The notes under the pieces were generated by a model. It worked only from the letters and a program-made list of their open reading frames with translations, did no database searches and was not told the origin of the DNA. The translations under genes were made by a program, and so were the position numbers. A stretch of DNA of 64,000 bases from Chthoniobacterales bacterium (lineage in GTDB: Bacteria > Verrucomicrobiota > Verrucomicrobiia > Chthoniobacterales > Chthoniobacteraceae): the NCBI GenBank assembly GCA_038238555.1, contig JBBRXP010000001.1, positions 2,217-66,216 of the forward strand. Direction: 5' to 3'. This document shows positions 35,687 to 42,008 of the stretch, one piece after another. The stretch's first letter is position 1. Every line of letters begins with the position of its first letter.

Positions 35687-37342
35687 ATGAAAGCTCACCT
35701 TATTCTCCCCGTTATTCTGGCCGCGACCTCGTTTCTATCCATCGCGGCGGAAGACAACACACTTAGCACCATCGAAAAGTCCGAAGGCTGGAGGCTGCTC
35801 TTTAATGGAAGAGATCTTACGGGATGGAAGGGCCTGGAGTTTTGGAGTGCGCAAGACGGTGCGATCACTGGGAAGACCACGGCCGAGACCCGGCGCAGGC
35901 CCAGTTTCACTTCTTTGATCTGGCAGGGCGGTGAAGTCTCCGACTTTGAGCTGACGTGCAAATTTAAGATGGTATCCGACGAGCCGAAAGGATCGCTGGT
36001 CTCAGGCATCCAGTTCCGTGGCACACTCATCCACCAAGGCGATTGCAGCGTCGGCGGCTACGATGCCGATATGGATCGCTCGCATTCGTGGACCGGCGAA
36101 TTCAAAGAGAAGCAAGGCCGCAATGTCGGGGTGGGCCGGGGAAAGCAGGCCATCCTAAGAGACAGCGACGATCCCAAGAAACCGAAGATCGAAATAGTAA
36201 CCTCCATCGGCGACTCCAGAGAACTCAAGGCGTCCATGAAGGAAAACGATTGGAACGACTACCGGATCAAAGCTGTGGGCAACCATATCCAACTCTACGT
36301 GAATGGCCGGCAGACCGTGGATGTAACCGATGAGACCACGGCGGCAGCTAAGAGTGGGTTACTCGCCTTCGGAATTTTTTATAACGCAATGATGACCGCG
36401 CAGTTTAAGGATATTAAACTAAGGGAGCTGAAGACTAATAACCTGGCGAGGACGGCGACGCCTTCCGCTTTGGACAAAATCTTAACCCACAGCCGGTGGA
36501 AGATAGAGATGGAAAAGGGTAAGTCTCCGTGGGGCGATCTAAGCTTCGCACCGGAGCGTGAAGTAATAAGGATGCAGGGTCGCCCGGGTAAGTGGGTCGT
36601 GGCCGGCGATCACCGCTTGAACTTCGATGAGTTCACGCTCAGCTTTGACCAGAGTTATAACTCATTTGTGGCCACTCTCCCGGATGGAACCAGGATATGC
36701 ACCGGCACGCGCAGCCTCCCCGGCGCGGCCGCACCGTCCACAGCGAAGAACGATGTGCCTGTCCGAAAGACTCCATCGCTCCCGGTGGCAAGCGGCCCGG
36801 CATCCTCGCCGGTCACACCCGAGCAGCGCTTCTATGCCGCGATCGCCGCGATGCCTCACGTGCAGACCGGCGCCGCGGGTGCAATGGGCGGGAAGGATTT
36901 CTCACTTATCCAGCCTGAAGGCGGAGTGCTCGTAGGCTTCGACTTATGGCAGGGGATGTATTACCGCGAGTTAGTCGTGGGTGGGATACGGCCTATCTTC
37001 CAGACGGGTAAAGGCCGCGTGCGTGGCCCCACCTTCGGCAAGGGCGATGGCAACCCGGATAAGACCCTCGAGGCCAATGAAGGATTTGCGGTCGCGGCGG
37101 TCGAGGCCGTCGATGACAAACGGCAAGTAACCGGCCTTCTCCTGCAGTATAAGCGAATTCATTACACCGGTTTCGATCTCGAGGGCAATGGAGCTTACAA
37201 GAGTGAATGGTTTGGCCAGGAGGTGGGCAAGAAGGTGAAGCCAAAGCGGCTCGACACCAACGGAAAACCGGCGCTCGGAATTTTCGGCGCAGCAGACACA
37301 CTGCTCTATCGGGTGGGTTTGATCTATCTGGATAGGAAGTAA
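35687..37342 (+). CDS. Secreted DUF1080 (3-keto-disaccharide hydrolase-like lectin fold) protein with uncharacterised C-terminal half
   Basis: ORF 35597..37342 trimmed to ATG 35687 (MKAHLILPVILAATSFLSIAA signal peptide). EGWRLLFNGRDLTGWKG and NDWNDYRIKAVGNHIQLYVNG are present. GC is markedly lower than in neighbouring genes. Confidence 0.75.
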   Translation: MKAHLILPVILAATSFLSIAAEDNTLSTIEKSEGWRLLFNGRDLTGWKGLEFWSAQDGAITGKTTAETRRRPSFTSLIWQGGEVSDFELTCKFKMVSDEPKGSLVSGIQFRGTLIHQGDCSVGGYDADMDRSHSWTGEFKEKQGRNVGVGRGKQAILRDSDDPKKPKIEIVTSIGDSRELKASMKENDWNDYRIKAVGNHIQLYVNGRQTVDVTDETTAAAKSGLLAFGIFYNAMMTAQFKDIKLRELKTNNLARTATPSALDKILTHSRWKIEMEKGKSPWGDLSFAPEREVIRMQGRPGKWVVAGDHRLNFDEFTLSFDQSYNSFVATLPDGTRICTGTRSLPGAAAPSTAKNDVPVRKTPSLPVASGPASSPVTPEQRFYAAIAAMPHVQTGAAGAMGGKDFSLIQPEGGVLVGFDLWQGMYYRELVVGGIRPIFQTGKGRVRGPTFGKGDGNPDKTLEANEGFAVAAVEAVDDKRQVTGLLLQYKRIHYTGFDLEGNGAYKSEWFGQEVGKKVKPKRLDTNGKPALGIFGAADTLLYRVGLIYLDRK

Positions 37343-37370
37343 GTTACTGTAAGTCTTTCGCGAGGTTACT

Positions 37371-40300
37371 TTATACCTTCGCCATTGCCCGGCCCGTGCG
37401 CTCGAGTTTGCCCCAGCCGACGAGCGCGCCTTGAAACGCGCGGAGGATGCTTTTCCAAATGACCCACGCCAGCAGCGGCCGATAAAGGAAACGCATGGGC
37501 ACGATCCACAGCGCGGTGCGGAGGCGCTCGCCTTCCATCCAGCAAGCCAGCGCGGCGAGGAAAATATCGAGCCCGATGAAGATCGCGAAATACCACCAGA
37601 TGGCCGTTGCCTGGCCGGTAAGAAGCGAGAGCAACAGCAACCCATCGACGAGCGGCGCGAGCGCGACGAGGCCGATCTGGAAAAACCAAATGCCCGGCAG
37701 CGTCCACCAACCGAGCGCGCCGAAGCGCGGATTGAAGACGAGATCGCGATGTTTCCACAGGCACTGCATGGTGCCAAACGCCCAGCGGAATCGCTGCCGC
37801 GCCAGCGCGCGCACGGTCTCGGGCGCCTCGGTCCACGCGAGCGCGGCGGGCGCGTAGCCGATGCGATAGCCGAGTTGGTGCAGCGTGAGCGTGAGATCGG
37901 TATCCTCCGCCAGCGTGTCGTGCGAAAAGCTGCTCGCGGCAGCGATGGCGCTCTTGCGAAATGCGCTCACCGCGCCGGGCACGACGGTAATGCAGTCCCA
38001 CTCCGTGTAAGCGCGCCGATCGAGATTAAAGCCGCAGATGTATTCGAGGCTCTGGCATTTCGCGATGAAGGTGCGCGCATTGCCCACGCGCGCATTGCCG
38101 CTTACGGCGCCGATGAGCGGATCGGCGAAAGGCGCGACGATGGCGCGCAGCGTGCCGCGCTCGAAGAGTGTGTCGGCATCGAGGAGCACGACGATCGCGT
38201 GGCGGGCCTGCGCCACGCCGGCTCGCAGCGCGGTGGCCTTGCCGCGATTTGGCTGCGAGAGGAGGCGGATGCGCGGCTCGCCAGCCGCGACTCGCGCGAC
38301 TTCAGCGGTGGTGTCGTCGCGAGAGCCGTCGTCCACCACGATCAATTCGATGTCGCCGGCGTAGTCGGTAGCGAGCACCGACCGCAACGTCTTCTCGATC
38401 ACCTTCGCTTCGTTGTAAGCAGCGATCACCACGCTGAGGGGAGTTTCGGATTTTGGATTTCGGATTTCGGATTTCCGCGCAGCGGCATGGTGACGATGCG
38501 CGAGCCACGCGACGATCAATGTGCGCAGCACCACGAGCGCTGTCGCGAAGATCATGAAGGCCCAGAAAAATTCCACGAGCGCGTGCCAGATGCGGAAGCC
38601 CGCGCCGGAGACCATGCGCTCCATCGGCTGCTGGCCTTGGCGCAAGGGCGGCATGAGTTGGTCGCGCGGAATGCCGAGCAACTCGCTCAAGGGCACGATG
38701 CGATCGCCGCGCGTCTGGAGATAGTCGATAATCTTCGGCAACGCTTCGACTGTCTGCGAGCGGTCGCCGCCGGCATCGTGGAGTAACACAATGTTACCCT
38801 CGCCGCGGAGTTCCTTTACTCGCTGCACTATCTTATCCGCGCCCGGCTGCGCCCAGTCCCGCGGGTCCACTTTCTCGAGCACGATGGTGTAGCCGAGTTC
38901 ATTCTGCGCGAGCTTCAGCGGGGCAAGTTCCGCAATGTCGGCGGGCGTCGAGTCCGCGTTATAAGGCGGGCGAAAGAGCGCGGTGCTGCGGCCCGTGATG
39001 CTTTCGATAAGCCGCTCGGTGGCGTTGAGTTCCACGCGCGTTTGCGCTGGCGACATCGCCGCGAGATTGCGGTGGGTGTAGGTGTGGTTGCCGATCTCGT
39101 GGCCTTCTTCGACGATCCGCGCGACGAGCCGCGGGTAACTCTCGCAATTTTTGCCAACTAAGAAGAACGCCGCTTTCACGCCGCGCTTTCTTAAGATATC
39201 GAGCACTTTGGGCGTCCATACCGGATCGGGTCCATCGTCGAAAGTAATAGCCACCTCGTGCGCGCCGCCGGCGCCTTGATGGTAGAGGATGGGGTAAGTC
39301 GGGAAGTCCGTGTAACGCGCGGTGAGCTTGTTACTTTCGTCGAGCGCCACGGTCCGCCGCCCATCGTTGCGCGTGTCGTCCACGGTTACGATTTCACCGC
39401 GGCCCACGTGCGTGATGGTGTAGCCGGCCTTGATCTGCCCGAGTGCCTTGAGCGCCGCGGATGCCGGCGGGCCCTTGATCTCCAGCACATCCCAGAGCTG
39501 CGGATCTTCGCTGCCGAGGCGCGCGATGCCGAAGCCGCCGAGCTTCATGTCGCGCACGGCGCGGAGTTGATTAAAGAAAGAGATCGCGTCGAGAAAGGCC
39601 ACGGTATGTTCGCCATCGGGCTCGGAGTAATCGTAGATGCCGTTATAACTCGGCCCACTAACTGCCACGCTGTTACCTTCCTTATCCAAGCCGGCATAAC
39701 TCGCGCGGCTCATCGCATCCTTGTAACTAATCGTCTCCGCCTTGTTACTCGTCGTGTTCCAATCGTAGGCGTAAGCGCCGAGCACGCCGATCCATTGCTC
39801 CGAGTCCCCGAACTGCTCGATCACCTTGAGCCAGCCTTCGAGCCACGACTGCGAGGCGATGGGACCGGGTGCGTCGTGCTCGGAATTTTCGTCGTGCAAG
39901 ATCGCGACGAAGCGATCGACCGGCACCACGAGCGCCTCGAGATCGAAGGTGTCGAGATCCTCGCCCATCGGCACCATGAACCAGAGTTCCTTATCCGCAT
40001 GGTGCAACGCTTCGGCGATCTGCTCGATCAGTTCGGTGTAACGTTCTTTGTAAGCTGGATCGATCTGCTCCCAGTCGAGAATAACTCCCGCGGCTTTGTT
40101 ACTTGCGATTGCCTTGAGTAACACATCGACGAACTTCGCGCGCCGAGCCGCGGGACCGATAGCGAGATTTTCGACCGCCTCCGGCTGCCACTCGTCGCCG
40201 GCGAGATTGCGCAGCAACGGCATGAGCGCAATGCCGCGCGCCGCCGCAAACGTGGCGAGCCGCGGCTCCGGCTCGACCTCAAAGCGACTTTGCGTGCCGG

Positions 40301-40751
40301 TGAGCGTGAACCATTCCGGCGCGAGATGCGTGAGCGAAGCGGCATGTTCTTCTAGCGAGGCGAAACTGTTTGCATCCCACTCCGCGTAAAGGCCGAGCCG
40401 CACTTCGCCGCGCGTCTTCCTGCCGCGGCGCGATTGCTCACGCACCCGCGCGAGCCGCTCCTGCGCCGCCGGCGATTGCGCGTAAAATTTCTGCCAGTTC
40501 ATCTCGTTCACGCCGGGCTGCGATTGCCCTGCACGCTGCGTCTGCGCCTTGAGCTGCCCCTTCAGCGTACGAATGGACGCCGGCAGTTTGAGCTGTGGGC
40601 GCACGAGCAACGACTGGAAGAACCACACCACCGCGCCGAGCACCACCAGACCCCAAAGCGCCAGCATGCGCCGCAAGCGCGGCCAGCGTTTGCCATGCAG
40701 ATCACGAAAGACGAAACGCCCCGGCTGATTGTCGGCGCTTAGTTCAGGCAT
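37371..40751 (-). CDS. Triple-domain membrane polysaccharide synthase: GH18-like + CE4 (NodB) deacetylase + GT2 (PgaC/IcaA-like, QxxRW)
   Basis: ITFDDGPDPVWTPKVLDILRKRGVKAAFFLVG...GHEIGNHTYTH is the NodB deacetylase motif. LSVVIAAYNE...IVVDDGSRDD...LLDADT...QRFRWAFG marks a processive GT2. The N-terminal about 400 aa resemble GH18-like domains (GVILDWEQ). There are TM segments at the N-terminus, between domains and at the C-terminus. Confidence 0.8.
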   Translation of the reverse strand: MPELSADNQPGRFVFRDLHGKRWPRLRRMLALWGLVVLGAVVWFFQSLLVRPQLKLPASIRTLKGQLKAQTQRAGQSQPGVNEMNWQKFYAQSPAAQERLARVREQSRRGRKTRGEVRLGLYAEWDANSFASLEEHAASLTHLAPEWFTLTGTQSRFEVEPEPRLATFAAARGIALMPLLRNLAGDEWQPEAVENLAIGPAARRAKFVDVLLKAIASNKAAGVILDWEQIDPAYKERYTELIEQIAEALHHADKELWFMVPMGEDLDTFDLEALVVPVDRFVAILHDENSEHDAPGPIASQSWLEGWLKVIEQFGDSEQWIGVLGAYAYDWNTTSNKAETISYKDAMSRASYAGLDKEGNSVAVSGPSYNGIYDYSEPDGEHTVAFLDAISFFNQLRAVRDMKLGGFGIARLGSEDPQLWDVLEIKGPPASAALKALGQIKAGYTITHVGRGEIVTVDDTRNDGRRTVALDESNKLTARYTDFPTYPILYHQGAGGAHEVAITFDDGPDPVWTPKVLDILRKRGVKAAFFLVGKNCESYPRLVARIVEEGHEIGNHTYTHRNLAAMSPAQTRVELNATERLIESITGRSTALFRPPYNADSTPADIAELAPLKLAQNELGYTIVLEKVDPRDWAQPGADKIVQRVKELRGEGNIVLLHDAGGDRSQTVEALPKIIDYLQTRGDRIVPLSELLGIPRDQLMPPLRQGQQPMERMVSGAGFRIWHALVEFFWAFMIFATALVVLRTLIVAWLAHRHHAAARKSEIRNPKSETPLSVVIAAYNEAKVIEKTLRSVLATDYAGDIELIVVDDGSRDDTTAEVARVAAGEPRIRLLSQPNRGKATALRAGVAQARHAIVVLLDADTLFERGTLRAIVAPFADPLIGAVSGNARVGNARTFIAKCQSLEYICGFNLDRRAYTEWDCITVVPGAVSAFRKSAIAAASSFSHDTLAEDTDLTLTLHQLGYRIGYAPAALAWTEAPETVRALARQRFRWAFGTMQCLWKHRDLVFNPRFGALGWWTLPGIWFFQIGLVALAPLVDGLLLLSLLTGQATAIWWYFAIFIGLDIFLAALACWMEGERLRTALWIVPMRFLYRPLLAWVIWKSILRAFQGALVGWGKLERTGRAMAKV
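38444..38476 (-). repeat. Tandem heptamer (GAAATCC-type) x~4.5 inside the synthase coding sequence
   Basis: The plus strand reads TTTCGGATTTTGGATTTCGGATTTCGGATTTCC. On the sense strand this translates as RKSEIRNPKSETP, in the linker before the GT2 domain. Confidence 0.9.
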
Positions 40752-40860
40752 TGGAGATTGGATCTAAAGTATGGAGTTTAAGTTTGGAGACAGCGATGGG
40801 AGAAGTGCGATCGCGCAAAGGGCTGTGCTCCGAGAGCTGGGCGTCAGCGCCAAGAACTGC

Positions 40861-41000
40861 GGTGGATGGCGCGCTCCGAGCGCCATGCCAAAGCACTGCG
40901 CATAGCGCCGGTCGTCCTCGTCGTAGCTACGATGCCCTCGTCGCAGGAAGTGCCATTGCCGTCCTCGCCGTCAGTTCGCGCTCGGAGCGCGCCATCCACC
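40861..41000. repeat. 140-bp MITE/REP-like element with perfect 23-bp terminal inverted repeats and an internal REP unit
   Basis: GGTGGATGGCGCGCTCCGAGCGC (40861-40883) is the exact reverse complement of 40978-41000. The centre carries GTAGCTACGATGCCCTCGTCGCAGGAAGTGCC (40923-40954). Confidence 0.9.
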
Positions 41001-41082
41001 CTTCGCTTCGCGCAAATCTTTTTTGAGGATGCGTCACTTTTATCTTGTCACCCATTTCGGACCCGATAAGCCCCTCACCCGC

Positions 41083-41727
41083 ATGGCGCGGTTCCTCCCC
41101 ATCCTGCTCTTCCTAGGAGCCGCGTGGGCACATGCCGAGCTCGTCTGGGAGAATCCCACCCAGGAATTCCAGCGCACCCCAGAGGATCGCGAACTCTCTG
41201 TCCCGTTCGGCTTTCGCAACACCGGCGCGGCCCCCGTCACCATCGCGAAAGTCACCTCGTCCTGCGGCTGCACCACCGCCGAATTGCCGAAGAAGACCTT
41301 CGCCCCCGGCGAAGTGGGCGCGCTCACGGCGAAGTTCGTCTTCGGCGGACGCCGCGGGCCGCAGGCCAAGTCCATCGCCGTCACCACCGACGACGGGAAG
41401 ACCGCGCAACTCAGCTTCCAGTGCCTCATCGCCGATGACCCCGTCGCGGTGCTCCAGTCCCTCGTATGGTGGCGCGTGGGCGAAGCCGCCGAGCCCAAGC
41501 AAGTCGCCCTCACCCTCCCGCCGGGCGGCAAGGTGAAGATCACCGCCGTCGCCTCCACCAATCCCCGCGTCGCCGCCACCCTCGCGACCGTCCAGGAGGG
41601 CGAGAAATACGCCGTCCATATCCGCCCCGCCGACACCGCGCAGCAGGAGAGCGCCGAAGTCTTCGTCCAGACCGATTTTCCGCCCGAAGGCCCCAAGGCG
41701 TACACCATTCAAGTCCGAGTAAAGTAG
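41083..41727 (+). CDS. DUF1573 domain protein (secreted)
   Basis: ORF 41023..41727 trimmed to ATG 41083 (MARFLPILLFLGAAWAHA signal peptide). FRNTGAAPVTIAKVTSSCGCTTAE is the DUF1573 hallmark. Confidence 0.85.
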   Translation: MARFLPILLFLGAAWAHAELVWENPTQEFQRTPEDRELSVPFGFRNTGAAPVTIAKVTSSCGCTTAELPKKTFAPGEVGALTAKFVFGGRRGPQAKSIAVTTDDGKTAQLSFQCLIADDPVAVLQSLVWWRVGEAAEPKQVALTLPPGGKVKITAVASTNPRVAATLATVQEGEKYAVHIRPADTAQQESAEVFVQTDFPPEGPKAYTIQVRVK

Positions 41728-41788
41728 CACCCATGCGATCCCCAAAGACGACAACGCGGACGAACAGACATCGGCGGATGACGCAGCC

Positions 41789-41944
41789 CAAGGAGCGGCG
41801 ATTTGCAATCGCCGAACCAAACCACTCCTCGCGCAGCGAGCATTCTGTCCTCTCTCGTGTTCGTGCTCGCAGCCACGTCCGTTCCCTGAAATGGTTCGCT
41901 TGGCGAAGACGTTTGGTTCGACGATTGCAAATCGTCGCTCCTTG
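41789..41944. repeat. 156-bp inverted-repeat element with hairpin-in-arm architecture (MITE-like or structured RNA)
   Basis: The arms are CAAGGAGCGGCGATTTGCAATCGCCGAACCAAAC (41789-41822) and GTTTGGTTCGACGATTGCAAATCGTCGCTCCTTG (41911-41944). They are complementary at 32 of 34 positions. The two differences are mutually compensatory within each arm's own hairpin (CGGCGATT/AATCGCCG versus CGACGATT/AATCGTCG). Confidence 0.85.
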
Positions 41945-42008
41945 CGTGCATCCACCTTTTCCCTCATCACCTTCCACAACGCATTCAGTCAACCATAAGA
42001 ACAAACCC

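Noticed and set aside
41911-41925. GGTTCGA-containing stretch as a tRNA T-arm
   Set aside because: No acceptor stem, anticodon arm or full GGTTCGAATCC T-loop context is present. The stretch is part of the 34-nt inverted-repeat arm.
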